The notes: generated from the sequence alone by a model not told the origin. 64,000 nt of DNA from Spirochaetales bacterium (GCA_037142615.1 JBAXAI010000012.1:34066-98065), one strand, 5' to 3'; shown: positions 9,717 through 20,221, numbered from the stretch's first letter. Program-made: numbers and translations.

Positions 9717-10547
9717 TTAGGTCCCGGTCCCGGTGTAGCGGCGCAGACCGATGCGGAACAGAACGAAGCCAAAACCAACGAACGCCGCCGACAACAGCGC
9801 CATGCCGACGGGAACCCACGTCTTGCTCACGACGTCAAAGCCCAGCGCCGCCGATAGCGCCGCCGTGTCGCGCAAAAACCAGGCCATGGGCACGTAACTC
9901 ACGACGGCGAAAGGAAGCACGAACAGCAGGAAGTTCTTCAGCCACACGTTCTTGTAGATGTCGAGCGGGTACTTGGTGAAGCTGTTGACCTCGTAGGCCA
10001 CCTGCATCAGCTCGCCGCTCGACACCGTCCAGAAGGCCACCGCCGCCGCCGCCAGCTTGATGCCGAAGTACAGCGCCAAGCCGCAGACCAGGAACACCAG
10101 CAGCATGCCCAGTTCGGCGGGCCCGAGAGCCAGCCCCAATCGCAGCCAGGCGTAAGCGAACAGCAGGAACCCGACCAGCAGTTCGCCAAAGCCGTCGAAC
10201 TGCACGCGCTCCATGATGATGTGCTGGATGATGCCGATAGGCCGCAGCAGGTAGTGGGTGAAGCTGCCGTCGCGGATACGCCACCACCCCACCAGCCAGA
10301 TGTTGTCGTTGTAGATGTGGTCGATGCCGCGCACCACCTGGCTCCAGCCGTAGAACAGCAGCATCTCGTCGAAGCTCCAGCCGCCCACCGCCTTGATCTG
10401 CGTGAACACCGCGAACAACACGAGGAAGGACCCAATCTGCTGGATGCTCAGCGCGATGACGCCGATGAGGAAGTCGAGCTTGTACTCGACGAGGGCCTTC
10501 ACCTGCTGGCTGAGGAACGCCGCGTAGATAGAAAAGAACCGGCGCAT
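9717..10547 (-). CDS. ABC-2 type permease (DUF990-like)
   Basis: Start MRRFFSIY; six hydrophobic segments; IRDGSFTHYLLRP, KYPLDIY. Confidence 0.85.
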   Translation of the reverse strand: MRRFFSIYAAFLSQQVKALVEYKLDFLIGVIALSIQQIGSFLVLFAVFTQIKAVGGWSFDEMLLFYGWSQVVRGIDHIYNDNIWLVGWWRIRDGSFTHYLLRPIGIIQHIIMERVQFDGFGELLVGFLLFAYAWLRLGLALGPAELGMLLVFLVCGLALYFGIKLAAAAVAFWTVSSGELMQVAYEVNSFTKYPLDIYKNVWLKNFLLFVLPFAVVSYVPMAWFLRDTAALSAALGFDVVSKTWVPVGMALLSAAFVGFGFVLFRIGLRRYTGTGT

Positions 10548-11422
10548 CAGCCCCCCTGAATCGTGACGCGTTTGAGCGCCCGACCCCAGGTGAGCCAAAC
10601 CACGAGTGCCATCGCGAGCACCCAGAACGCCTGCATGCCGAGGTGCCAGGCGATTTCGGTGGGGGTGCTGAGCATGCCGGTGGCAATAGCCGACGGCACG
10701 TAGTACAGCGAGGGGAACGGCGTGGCGTAGGCCACGTACCCAAGGCCCGTCAGCAAGCCCTTCGTCAGTTCCTCGGGTAAGAACGGCACCGGGAAGTTGC
10801 CGCTGGGCGCGTTCGCCAACTGGAACAGCAGGTTGAACGCGATCACCTGCCCCGAGAACAGCGCGATGGCCTGGTCCTTGAACAGGAACAACCCCCAGTA
10901 GTTGGTGATCCAGAAGGCCACCAGCCCGAGCAAAAAGGCCACGAGAAGGGCCAGCACGTAGGTGAGGGCCAAGCTGAGCACCGTGAGCGCCACCGTCGTC
11001 AGGCTGACCGAGGCGATGGGCACCAAAAACGCGACGATGACCACGAAGGGCACCAGCGCGAGCAGGTTGCCCACCGTGAAGCCCACCTGTTGGGCCACCT
11101 GCTCGCCGAAAAAGCTGTAGGGGCGCACCAGGTGCATGGCGATGGCGCCGTCCTTGATGGTGCCGCCCACGTTGCCGTCGATGCCGCAGGCCGTGAGGCG
11201 GCCGAAGATCATGCCCAGCGCGACATAGCTGAGGTACTGGCCCAGGCTGATGGTGCCCAGCGTGCCGCCATTCCCCCCGAACACCGCGCTCCACAAAAAG
11301 TACTGGATGAGCAGGAGCACCAGATCGTTGATCATGAAGATCAGAACACGGACCCGGTAGGTCCACATCACCTGGATGTTGAGAGGAATGAAGCCGAGGT
11401 AGCGGTCGAGGCGCGCGAACAT
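10547..11422 (-). CDS. ABC-2 type permease (DUF990-like)
   Basis: Start MFARLDRY just after the galE stop; IKDGAIAMHLVRPYS, C-terminal IQGG. Confidence 0.85.
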   Translation of the reverse strand: MFARLDRYLGFIPLNIQVMWTYRVRVLIFMINDLVLLLIQYFLWSAVFGGNGGTLGTISLGQYLSYVALGMIFGRLTACGIDGNVGGTIKDGAIAMHLVRPYSFFGEQVAQQVGFTVGNLLALVPFVVIVAFLVPIASVSLTTVALTVLSLALTYVLALLVAFLLGLVAFWITNYWGLFLFKDQAIALFSGQVIAFNLLFQLANAPSGNFPVPFLPEELTKGLLTGLGYVAYATPFPSLYYVPSAIATGMLSTPTEIAWHLGMQAFWVLAMALVVWLTWGRALKRVTIQGG

Positions 11423-11427
11423 GCGCC

Positions 11428-12456
11428 CTAATTGTAACCCTTGGGGTTCTGGCTTTGCCAGCGCCACGCGTCAGCGCACATGGCGTCGAGGCCGCGGGTG
11501 GCCTTCCAGCCAAGTTCACGCTCGGCGAGGCTGGGGTCGGCGTAGCTGGCCGCCACGTCGCCGGGCCTTCGGGGTACCACTTCGTAGGGCACTTTTTTGC
11601 CGCTGGCCTTTTCGAAGGCCTTCACGACGTCGAGCACGCTGCTGGGGTTGCCAGTGCCAAGGTTATACGCGACAGCCCCTGGCCTGGTCGCGAGCTTCTC
11701 GACGGCCTTGAGGTGGCCTTGCGCCAGGTCGACGACGTGGATGTAGTCGCGCAGGCCGGTGCCGTCGGGCGTCGGGTAGTCGTTGCCGTACACCTTGAGC
11801 TGTGCGCGCATTCCCACGGCCACTTGGCTGACAAACGGCAGCAGGTTGGCCGGCACGCCCAGCGGATCCTCGCCGATTTTGCCCGACGGGTGCGCTCCCA
11901 CCGGGTTGAAGTACCGCAGCAGGATGACGTTCCAAGGGTTGGGATCCTTGGCGAGCACGTCGGCATGGGCTGCGTCACGCAGAATCTGCTCCATCATCAC
12001 CTTGGTCCAGCCGTAGGGGTTGGTGGCAGCTGTCGGCAGATCCTCGGCGAAGGGCGGGTTGGGATTCTCGCCGTACACGGTGGCCGACGAGCTGAACACG
12101 ATGTTTTTGACCCCGGCGGCGGCCATCGCCTCGCAGAGCACAATGGTGCCGGCGATGTTGTTGTGGTAGTAGCGCAGCGGCTGGGCCACCGACTCGCCCA
12201 CCGCCTTGAGCGCCGCGAAATGAATCACAGCGTCGATCTTGTGGGCGGCGAACACTTTGTCGAGGCCCGGACGGTCGAGCAGATCGACGCGGTGGAAGGT
12301 CAGCGCCTTGCCGGTGATTTCGCGCACCCGGTCGAGAGCGATGGTCTTGCTGTTCACGAGGTTGTCGACGACCACCACCTGATGGCCCGCGTTCAGCAGT
12401 TCCACGCAGGTGTGGCTTCCGATGTAGCCGGCCCCGCCGGCAACGAGAATGGTCAT
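11428..12456 (-). CDS. galE: UDP-glucose 4-epimerase
   Basis: GGAGYIGSHT, FSSSATVYG, YGWTK, LRYFNPVGAH. Confidence 0.97.
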   Translation of the reverse strand: MTILVAGGAGYIGSHTCVELLNAGHQVVVVDNLVNSKTIALDRVREITGKALTFHRVDLLDRPGLDKVFAAHKIDAVIHFAALKAVGESVAQPLRYYHNNIAGTIVLCEAMAAAGVKNIVFSSSATVYGENPNPPFAEDLPTAATNPYGWTKVMMEQILRDAAHADVLAKDPNPWNVILLRYFNPVGAHPSGKIGEDPLGVPANLLPFVSQVAVGMRAQLKVYGNDYPTPDGTGLRDYIHVVDLAQGHLKAVEKLATRPGAVAYNLGTGNPSSVLDVVKAFEKASGKKVPYEVVPRRPGDVAASYADPSLAERELGWKATRGLDAMCADAWRWQSQNPKGYN

Positions 12457-12465
12457 AGAAACTCC

Positions 12466-13683
12466 TTACAGTTTGGCCTCGCCAGCGCGGTCGGGGCGTA
12501 CGCTCAGCCGGTGCACCGACCCGGGGCCGAACACCGCCTCCATCGTTTTCGCATAGTCCGCGGCCCGCTTCAAGGGAATATAGGCCTGGATGGTGCCGGC
12601 AAACCCGCCACCGTGGACGCGTACCGCCCCGACGCCTTGCGGGTTGTCGTGGCTCAAGAAGCGGCGCGTGAGGGCCAGGCCCAGAGGAATCGCCTGGTCG
12701 CGGATGGCGCCGTGGGGGATGACGTTCTGCAGGAACTCGGCGCTCGAGGCCCCCGACGCGTCGACCAGTGCCAGGTAGTCCTCGAACCGCCCCGCCTCGA
12801 TCGCCTTCACCATGTGCTCGACACGGAGGTTTTCTTCCAAGAAGTGCATCGCCCGCAGCACGGCCCGGTCGCCCACGCGGGCCCGCAGTCCGGCCACCTC
12901 GGCCCAGAACTTCGCGGGATCGACCTCGCGCAGAACCGACTTGCCGAAGCAGGCCGCCACAGCGTTCATTTCACTGCGGATGGCGGCGTAGTCGGGAGTC
13001 AGGTCGGCGTGGTTGCCCTTGGTGTCGACAATGCACAGCGCGTACCCGTGGGCCTCCCAGTCGAGGGCCAGTTGCCGGATCACGGGCTGGGACGGTGAGG
13101 CGAAGTCGATGGTGACCAGGCCGCCCACCGAGCTCGCCATCTGGTCCATCAGGCCGCACGGTTTGCCAAAGTGCAGGTTCTCAGCCTCCTGCCCGATGAC
13201 GCCCAGCGTCACCGCGTCGACCTTGCCGTCGTTGTACAGGGCGCTGAGAATGGTGCCGGTGAGGACTTCGAAGGCGGCCGAACTCGACAGTCCCGAGCCC
13301 TGGAGCACGCTGCTTTCGACACAGGCACGGAAGCCACCCACTTTCAGACCCCGTTTGACGAACGCGGCGGCCACACCACGGAGCAAGGCTTCCGTCTTGC
13401 CCGTCTCGGCGGGTTGTGGCTCAAGCGAATCGAGGGCCACGCGGAATGGGGCGTCCCAGCCGGCGGAGCGCAGTTCGATCACGCCTTCGGCACGCTGAAC
13501 GACGGCGGCGGCCTCGAGGTCGATGGCGGCGGCGAGGACCCGGCCGTTGTTGTGGTCGGTGTGGTTGCCCCCCAGTTCGGTACGGCCGGGCGCGGTAAAG
13601 GCCCGCAGGCCGGTGGTGTTGCCGTACACTTCGCCGAAGCGTTTGGTCAGGCGTGCGAAAACAGCGGCGCGTTCGCTTTTCAT
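12466..13683 (-). CDS. galK: Galactokinase
   Basis: [38 protein letters not shown]; ATG overlaps the galT stop. Confidence 0.93.
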   Translation of the reverse strand: MKSERAAVFARLTKRFGEVYGNTTGLRAFTAPGRTELGGNHTDHNNGRVLAAAIDLEAAAVVQRAEGVIELRSAGWDAPFRVALDSLEPQPAETGKTEALLRGVAAAFVKRGLKVGGFRACVESSVLQGSGLSSSAAFEVLTGTILSALYNDGKVDAVTLGVIGQEAENLHFGKPCGLMDQMASSVGGLVTIDFASPSQPVIRQLALDWEAHGYALCIVDTKGNHADLTPDYAAIRSEMNAVAACFGKSVLREVDPAKFWAEVAGLRARVGDRAVLRAMHFLEENLRVEHMVKAIEAGRFEDYLALVDASGASSAEFLQNVIPHGAIRDQAIPLGLALTRRFLSHDNPQGVGAVRVHGGGFAGTIQAYIPLKRAADYAKTMEAVFGPGSVHRLSVRPDRAGEAKL

Positions 13684-14744
13684 GAGGCGGCTCCCGGGGT
13701 AAGGACAGTTTCGACGCCGAGTGCCGTCTCGGCGCAGGCCCGGAGGCGCTCGGCGGCCTGCTCGGCGGTGATGTCGCGCTGGGGTTGAGCCAGCATCTCG
13801 TAACCCACCATGAACTTGCGCACGGTGGCCGAACGCAGCAGCGGCGGCAAAAAGTGCAGGTGCAGCTGCCAGTGGTCGTGCGCCTGCCCGTCGGTGGGGC
13901 GCTGGTGCAGGCCCATGGTGTACGGAAAACTCACCTGGAACAGGTTGTCGTAACGGCGCGTCATGCGGCCCAGCGCATCGGCCAGCCCAGCACGCTCGGC
14001 GCGGGTCAGTTCGGCCACGTCGCGGCGATGAGTTTTGGGGAGCAGCATGGTTTCGAAGGGCCACACCGCCCAGTACGGCACCACGGCCACCCAGGTGTCG
14101 TTTTCGAACAGCACGCGTTCCTTTTCTTTGAGCTCGAGCTTCAGGTAATCGAGCAGCAAGACGCTGCCCTTGTCTTTCAACCACTTGGCCTGCTGTTCGC
14201 CTTCGCGGGCTGGCAGGTCGGGCACCGTGCGCTGGGCCCAGATCTGCCCGTGCGGGTGCGGCATCGACGAGCCCATGATTTCGCCCCGGTTCTCGAAAAT
14301 CTGCACCGAGTTGATTTCGGGGCGACCACCGAGGTCGAGGTACTGGGCCGCCCACTCGTCGACCACCTTGGTGAGGCCCTCGTTGGTCATGCGAGCCAAG
14401 GTGAGGTTGTGTTCGGGGCTGAAGCACACGACACGGCACAAGCCCGCTTCGGCTTCGGCCACGAGCAAACCGCCTTCGTTGCGCGCCCCGGTCGGAACGT
14501 CGGTCAGCAGCGCCGAGAAGTCATTGGTGAAACTGAACACGTCGGTGTAGGCGGGATTCACGTCGCCGGTGACCCGCTTGTTGCCGGGGCACAAATAGCA
14601 ATTGGGATCGTGCTTGGGCATGTTGGTGGGCGGCACAGCCTCGACCTTGCCCTGCCAGGGCCGCTTGGTGCGGTGCGGCGACACCAGTACGGTCTCACCC
14701 GTCAGCGGGTTAAATCGGCGGTGCGGAACGTCATTCCAATCCAT
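13680..14744 (-). CDS. galT: Galactose-1-phosphate uridylyltransferase
   Basis: HRRFNPL, CYLCPGN, HPHGQ, KFMVGYE. Confidence 0.97.
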   Translation of the reverse strand: MDWNDVPHRRFNPLTGETVLVSPHRTKRPWQGKVEAVPPTNMPKHDPNCYLCPGNKRVTGDVNPAYTDVFSFTNDFSALLTDVPTGARNEGGLLVAEAEAGLCRVVCFSPEHNLTLARMTNEGLTKVVDEWAAQYLDLGGRPEINSVQIFENRGEIMGSSMPHPHGQIWAQRTVPDLPAREGEQQAKWLKDKGSVLLLDYLKLELKEKERVLFENDTWVAVVPYWAVWPFETMLLPKTHRRDVAELTRAERAGLADALGRMTRRYDNLFQVSFPYTMGLHQRPTDGQAHDHWQLHLHFLPPLLRSATVRKFMVGYEMLAQPQRDITAEQAAERLRACAETALGVETVLTPGAAS

Positions 14745-14765
14745 AAAGTCTCCTGTTTCGCGACG

Positions 14766-14806
14766 ATGTACACGTGTACATTACGGTCAAAAGACGAGAC
14801 TGTCAA
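14766..14806 (-). promoter_or_regulatory. gal operon promoter with LacI-type operator
   Basis: TTGACA (14806-14801), 17 nt, TAATGT (14783-14778); perfect palindrome ATGTACACGTGTACAT at 14766-14781 overlaps the -10. Confidence 0.82.
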
Positions 14807-14862
14807 GTCAATCAGGCATGCGACGGTTTTTTCTGTTACAATGCGCAACGACAGGAGTTCTC

Positions 14863-15894
14863 ATGGACATTAAAATGTGGGGCAAGGCCCTGAGTATCAT
14901 CCCTGCGGTGACAAAGGACGAGTGGAACGCCCTCGACTTCGTAGCCAAGTGGCTGATTGCCACCCGCGCGGCCGTCCTGCTGATGACTTTTTTGTCGGCG
15001 GCGCTCGCCGGACTGTTCGCTGCCCGCGACGGCGGCTTCGAGTTTCTGCCGTGGCTGGCGGTCGCGCTGGGGCTGATTCTGGCCCATGCGACCAACAACA
15101 TTGTGAACGACTACACCGACTTTGTGCGTGGCGTCGACACCGACAACTACTTCCGACGGCAGTACGGGCCGCAGCCGGTGGCCGAAGGCCTGCTGACCAA
15201 GGGCCAAACCCTGCGCTGGGCCATCACCACGGGCGTGATCGCCTTGGCCATTGGCTTGGGCCTGTCGTGGTGGCGGGGCTGGGATCCGGTCGTCCTGTAT
15301 TTGCTGTTCGGCGGCGTGTTCCTGGTGCTGGCCTACACGTGGCCGCTCAAACAACTCGCGCTCGGTGAAGTGTCGGTCATCCTGGCGTGGGGCCCGCTGA
15401 TGATCGGTGGCGGCTACTACACGCTCACCGGCCACTGGGACTGGAACGTGGTGCTCGCGGGTCTGCCCTACGCGCTGGGCGTGACCACCGTCATCTTCGG
15501 CAAGCACATCGACAAACTCGAAATCGACAAGGCCAAGAAGATCCACACGCTGCCGGTGCTCATCGGCGAAAAGGCCTCGCGCTGGGCGGTCATCGCGATG
15601 ATGTTGCTGCCCTACCTGCTGGTGGGTGGCCTGATCGCGACCAAGTACTTCACCCCGGTGATGGCGCTCGTGGTGCTCGCCATTCCGTCGTCGCTCAAGA
15701 CCATCCAACTCTTCCTCAAACCACGACCGGCGGAGCGTCCCGAGTGGATGGCCGAGGGCAATGGTGGCTGGCCGTTGTTCTTTGCGCCGATCGGGTTTAT
15801 CAACAACCGGGCCTTTGGCCTGTGGTTCCTGCTGGGACTGATTGTCGATGTCGCTTTGCGGGTGATTCCAGCCACCAGCGGCTTCTGGCGGTAG
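14863..15894 (+). CDS. menA: UbiA-family prenyltransferase, MenA-like
   Basis: NDYTDFVRGVD, KHIDKLEIDK..KIHTLPV, multiple TM helices; AGGAG upstream. Confidence 0.78.
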   Translation: MDIKMWGKALSIIPAVTKDEWNALDFVAKWLIATRAAVLLMTFLSAALAGLFAARDGGFEFLPWLAVALGLILAHATNNIVNDYTDFVRGVDTDNYFRRQYGPQPVAEGLLTKGQTLRWAITTGVIALAIGLGLSWWRGWDPVVLYLLFGGVFLVLAYTWPLKQLALGEVSVILAWGPLMIGGGYYTLTGHWDWNVVLAGLPYALGVTTVIFGKHIDKLEIDKAKKIHTLPVLIGEKASRWAVIAMMLLPYLLVGGLIATKYFTPVMALVVLAIPSSLKTIQLFLKPRPAERPEWMAEGNGGWPLFFAPIGFINNRAFGLWFLLGLIVDVALRVIPATSGFWR

Positions 15895-15899
15895 AGCCG

Positions 15900-16721
15900 G
15901 TGGACCTCGAAACCCTGTATCAACCGATTGCCAGCGAGTTGGACGCCGTCAAGGTCGGTCTGAGTGCCTTGGCCAACACGTTCCACTACGGGCACACCAA
16001 CACCATCCTGGAGCATTTCTTCCAGCGTCCGGGCAAGCTCTTGAGGCCGGCACTGGTGCTCCTGTCGGCGAAGGCCCTGGTGGATCCCCTGCCCGCTCCG
16101 CTGCGCGAACGGCTGGTGCAAACCGCCTTGGGGGTCGAACTGCTGCACGATGCGAGCTTGGTGCACGACGACGTGCTCGACAGTGACACCGAGCGCCGGG
16201 GGCAGGCCACGCTCAATGGGGCTTGGGGCAACAAGATCGCGGTGCTGGCGGGCGACGTCATCTACTCGCGCGGGTTCGGGCTTTTTACGCAGGCCTTGCC
16301 ACAGCCGCTTTTGGCCGACGTGATCCGCCTGAACGAGCAGATGTGCTCGGCCGAGATCGAACAGGCCCGGACGCTCGGAAGCCCGCTCGACCGGGAAACC
16401 TATTTCCGCATCATCGAGGGCAAGACCGCCGCGTTCATGAGCGTTTGCTGCCACCTGGGTGCGTCGGTGGCCGCTGAGGTGAACCCGAACTACTTGCCGC
16501 ATGCCTTCACCCTGCGCCGTTTCGGGCTGGCCTTCGGCCTGGCGTATCAACTCTTTGACGACCACGCCGATGGCGACCTGAACTGTCCGGGCCTCGACGG
16601 CGTGACCGAGGGCCGCCGCCATCTGGCGAAAGCGGTCGATCTGGTAAGTTCGTTACCACCAAGCCCCGCAAGCTTGGAACTCTCTCATCTTTGCTCATTC
16701 CTCCAGGAACAAAACTCGTAA
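15900..16721 (+). CDS. Polyprenyl diphosphate synthase
   Basis: GKLLRP, ASLVHDDVLD...RRG, GKTA, YQLFDD. Confidence 0.88.
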   Translation: MDLETLYQPIASELDAVKVGLSALANTFHYGHTNTILEHFFQRPGKLLRPALVLLSAKALVDPLPAPLRERLVQTALGVELLHDASLVHDDVLDSDTERRGQATLNGAWGNKIAVLAGDVIYSRGFGLFTQALPQPLLADVIRLNEQMCSAEIEQARTLGSPLDRETYFRIIEGKTAAFMSVCCHLGASVAAEVNPNYLPHAFTLRRFGLAFGLAYQLFDDHADGDLNCPGLDGVTEGRRHLAKAVDLVSSLPPSPASLELSHLCSFLQEQNS

Positions 16722-16774
16722 TTCATTTGACAGCGGGTCCTTTCGGGTAGTTAATGGAAATTAACGGAGGATTT

Positions 16775-18328
16775 ATGTCAGATTTAAAGTATCCCGAGGA
16801 TAAGAAGCTGGGTCCCCAGTTTTCCAGCTTGATGATCGACGAAGTTCCCAACTACGGCAACCGTTTCCAGTACTCGCTGGGGTTTCTGGCGGCCATCGCG
16901 TTCACCATGCTTATTGTCACTGGCGTGATCGAAGTGTTCTTCGGCGCCGACTGGTGGCTGACCAACAGCGTGGGTATTTTCTTCCGCAGCATTCACCTTT
17001 GGGCCACGCAGGCCTTTGTGGTGTTCATCATTCTTCACCTTGTCGTGGTGTTCTGTACCATGGGCTACCGTGGCAAACGCAAGATCACCTGGGTGCTCGG
17101 TGTGTTGATGTTCCTGTTCGCCTTGATTGAGACCGAAATGGGCTACGCCCTCCGTGGCGACTTCTCGGCCCAGTGGCGCGCGCTGCAGGGCGCTGACTTC
17201 TTCAACGGCTCCGGCCTGGGTCTTTGGATCAACCCGCTCAACGAACTCAAGATCATGGGCACCCACATCATGATCATGCCGCTGATCATCATCACCATTT
17301 TGGTGGTGCACTACATGTTGGTCCGCTTCCTGGGTCTTGCCACGCCTCCCAAGCCCGACCATCCGCACCGCATCGAAAAAGCCAACCACACCGTGCTGTT
17401 TCTGCGCGGCGGTTTTGTCGCGGTGCTCGTCATTGTGCTCGCTATCCTGCTCCCTTCCCCCTACGTCAAGCCCGTGACGGCGGCCGAAGTCGCCAAGAGT
17501 GACCCCAAACTGTTTGCCCGCACGCTGGTGGGTGAATTTGGCCGGCTGGAAAGCCTGGTCGTTCCCGGTCAGGCCGCCGACGTCAAAGAGGCCGATCTGG
17601 AAGCGCAAGACCTCACCTCAGGCTATGTCGACAACCTGCACCCCTACACCGACAAAGTGGATGAGGCAACCAAGGCCGCCGACCCCGGCGTTCCCGGCAT
17701 TGCCTTCGACACACGCGAAGTGTTCGTCAAGCAACCGTGGTCCGGACTGGTCGCTGGCGGACGCCTGACCGACGATTTGGCCACCATCGAAAAGCTCAGC
17801 GCTGAAGAACAGGCCAAGCTGGTGGAAGAAGCCGCCGACTATTTCGGCGACAACAAGGGCAACGTGCAGCCGGCGAACAACCTGCTGATCGGTGTGGTCA
17901 ACAACCTGACCACCCTGGCGACTTCCGGCTACTACGACCAGTACCTCAAGGGTTACGGCAACGCGGGCGACAACACCAAGTTTCTCCGCTTCATGGCCGA
18001 CCTGGGCGTGCTCGCGCCACTGGCCGACGCGATGGACATCACCACCGAAAAGTGGGGCTTCCTGCGCGAAGAAAAGCCGACCGGCACCGACGGCAAGCCG
18101 ATGATGGACGTCGCCACGCCCCCCGGAGCTTGGTGGCTGGCCCCGATCGGCGTGCTCAACACCACGGTTCTCGTGGGTGACGACAACGGCGACCGCGACG
18201 GAGCCATGATCCTGGGCATTCTGGTGCTGATTCTGGGTGCGGTTCCCTTCATCCCTGGAGTCAACAAGCTGCCCCTGTACCTGAGCCTTTACAAGCTATT
18301 CCAGCGCAAACCCAAGGCTGCGAAGTAG
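16775..18328 (+). CDS. Cytochrome b/b6 N-terminal-domain protein with long C-terminal extension
   Basis: His pairs HLWATQAFVVFIILH and HIMIMPLIIITILVVH, TWVLGV, GYAL; GGAGG upstream. Confidence 0.8.
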   Translation: MSDLKYPEDKKLGPQFSSLMIDEVPNYGNRFQYSLGFLAAIAFTMLIVTGVIEVFFGADWWLTNSVGIFFRSIHLWATQAFVVFIILHLVVVFCTMGYRGKRKITWVLGVLMFLFALIETEMGYALRGDFSAQWRALQGADFFNGSGLGLWINPLNELKIMGTHIMIMPLIIITILVVHYMLVRFLGLATPPKPDHPHRIEKANHTVLFLRGGFVAVLVIVLAILLPSPYVKPVTAAEVAKSDPKLFARTLVGEFGRLESLVVPGQAADVKEADLEAQDLTSGYVDNLHPYTDKVDEATKAADPGVPGIAFDTREVFVKQPWSGLVAGGRLTDDLATIEKLSAEEQAKLVEEAADYFGDNKGNVQPANNLLIGVVNNLTTLATSGYYDQYLKGYGNAGDNTKFLRFMADLGVLAPLADAMDITTEKWGFLREEKPTGTDGKPMMDVATPPGAWWLAPIGVLNTTVLVGDDNGDRDGAMILGILVLILGAVPFIPGVNKLPLYLSLYKLFQRKPKAAK

Positions 18329-18335
18329 CACCAAC

Positions 18336-18364
18336 TTGACCTGAACACGTGTTCACGCCATGCT
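18336..18364 (+). promoter_or_regulatory. LacI gene promoter with operator
   Basis: TTGACC, 17 nt, CATGCT; palindrome TGAACACGTGTTCA (18342-18355) lies between the two boxes. Confidence 0.75.
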
Positions 18365-18370
18365 GGCAAC

Positions 18371-19354
18371 ATGCCTACCCGTCAGGATGTTGCCAGCAAA
18401 GCCGGCGTGAGCGGCGCCACCGTCAGCCGGGTGTACAACTCGCCTGGCCTGGTTGACGCCGCCACCCGTGAACGCGTGCGGGCTGCCGCTGCCGCGTTGG
18501 GCTTTGTCCCCGACCGCCATGCGGCTGCCTTGCGGCGCAAAACCAGCACCACCCTGCTTCTTGTCGAAATCGAGGACTCCGAGGCCTACCGGTGGCCAGG
18601 TCAGCGTGCGTACCAGAGCCTGTACGGCGAGATCATCCGTGGGCTGGTGCATCACCTTCAGACGACCCCGTGGCACCTCGAGCTTGTCAACTTACCTTCA
18701 TCACGCGACCTCCCTTCGTTGGTGGCGGGCCCCGAGTTTGCGGGGATTCTGGGGTTTGACGTGGTCACCCAGGCGGTGGCCGACGAACTGGCGAAGCTGG
18801 GGAAGCCGGTGGTCTGCGCCCACCATGGCGATCATCTGACCGGTGTCAGTACCGTGACAACCGACAATTTCGCCGGAGGCGCGCTTCAGGCGCGCTGGCT
18901 TCGCGAGCAAGGCCTGGTTGACGTGGCGTACGTCACAGGACTTTCGGACCAGGTCAGGTCGCACTCGTTGCGCCAGCAGGGCTTCGCCTCGGTTCTGCAA
19001 CCCCTTGAACTGCTCGCCACGGGCGTCGGTCTGCTGGAAGGGAGGCAAGCCGCCCGGAGTCTGGCGCCCCTGGTCAAAACGGGCCGGGTGAGGGCTGCGG
19101 CCTGCGTGAACGACCTGACGGCGCTGGGGCTGATCCAGGGCTTGGCCTCGCTGGGCTTGCAGGTTCCGCGCGATGTGGTGGTGCTGGGCTACGACAACCT
19201 GGTGGTGACCGATCTGTTCGAGACCCGCTTGCCCACCATTGAGGCCCGGTTGCCCCTCGTGTACGAGCAGGCGCTCGACGTGCTGATCGGTCTGGTGCAG
19301 CACCCCGGCGGAGAGACCCACCTCGCCGTGATCCCCGAATTAGCGGGGGTCTGA
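18371..19354 (+). CDS. LacI-family transcriptional regulator
   Basis: TRQDVASKAGVSGATVSRV HTH, NDLTALG, VPRDVVVLGYDN. Confidence 0.93.
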   Translation: MPTRQDVASKAGVSGATVSRVYNSPGLVDAATRERVRAAAAALGFVPDRHAAALRRKTSTTLLLVEIEDSEAYRWPGQRAYQSLYGEIIRGLVHHLQTTPWHLELVNLPSSRDLPSLVAGPEFAGILGFDVVTQAVADELAKLGKPVVCAHHGDHLTGVSTVTTDNFAGGALQARWLREQGLVDVAYVTGLSDQVRSHSLRQQGFASVLQPLELLATGVGLLEGRQAARSLAPLVKTGRVRAAACVNDLTALGLIQGLASLGLQVPRDVVVLGYDNLVVTDLFETRLPTIEARLPLVYEQALDVLIGLVQHPGGETHLAVIPELAGV

Positions 19355-20221
19355 AACGACCACCCGGTTGCGCCCGGATTCCTTGGCTTCGTAAAGGGCC
19401 CGGTCGGCGTGCTCGAGCAGATGGTCTCCACTGGTGTCGGCGAGGGTCATTTCGGCCACGCCGATGCTGACCGTGAAGCGAATCGACTGGCCTTCGTGTT
19501 CCACAGCGACGGCGGCGACTTTTTCGCACAGGCGAACGGCGAGCCCTCGCGCATTGGCCAAGTCGGCGCCAGGAAGCAGAACGGCAAACTCCTCGCCGCC
19601 CAAACGGCCTGCCACGTCGAAACGGCGTAGGGTGGCGCTAACCAAGTCGGCGAACTGCCGCAGAAGGGTATCGCCCGCGGCGTGGCCGTAGTTGTCGTTC
19701 ACGCGCTTGAAGTGATCCAGGTCGAGCATCAACAACGACACAGGCTGGTCGGGTTGCCTCTGGAACCGCGAGATTTCGGCCTCGTAGAGGGCCAAAAACG
19801 ACCGGCGGTTGCAAAGGCCGGTCAGAAAGTCGGTCGCGGCGAGGTCTCTCAGTTCCAGTTCCAAACGTTTATGGCCGGAAATGTCGGTGACGGTGCCGAA
19901 GTAGCCCACCAATTCTTCGCCCTCGCGGTCGTCGGTGGCCTGCCCGAGCACCCAGATCGTCGAACCGTCGCGCCGCACCAGGCGAAAATCCTCCGAAAAA
20001 GGCCCACCACCGTGAGCGAAGGCAGCCCAGCGTGCCAGCACCCGTTCGCGGTCGTCGTCGTGGATAACCTCGGTCCAGCCGTCGTCCTGAGCCCGGGCTG
20101 AGTTCTGGCCCGTGAGCAAGGTCCAGCGGTCGTTGACGTAGTCGCAGCGGCCCTGGAGGTCGGTCCGGAAGATTCCGACAGGGAGGTGCTCGAGCAGGCG
20201 CGTCATCATTCCCGGTTGCAT
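19340..20221 (-). CDS. PAS-GGDEF diguanylate cyclase
   Basis: PAS/PAC region, DFLTGLCNRR, DLDHFKRVND, RLGGEEF. Confidence 0.92.
   Translation of the reverse strand: MQPGMMTRLLEHLPVGIFRTDLQGRCDYVNDRWTLLTGQNSARAQDDGWTEVIHDDDRERVLARWAAFAHGGGPFSEDFRLVRRDGSTIWVLGQATDDREGEELVGYFGTVTDISGHKRLELELRDLAATDFLTGLCNRRSFLALYEAEISRFQRQPDQPVSLLMLDLDHFKRVNDNYGHAAGDTLLRQFADLVSATLRRFDVAGRLGGEEFAVLLPGADLANARGLAVRLCEKVAAVAVEHEGQSIRFTVSIGVAEMTLADTSGDHLLEHADRALYEAKESGRNRVVVSDPR

Noticed and set aside
25-13098. Long plus-strand ORFs (e.g. 25-1407, 3659-5980, 6907-8733, 11455-13098)
   Set aside because: They are antisense shadows of well-supported minus-strand genes, as expected at high GC3.
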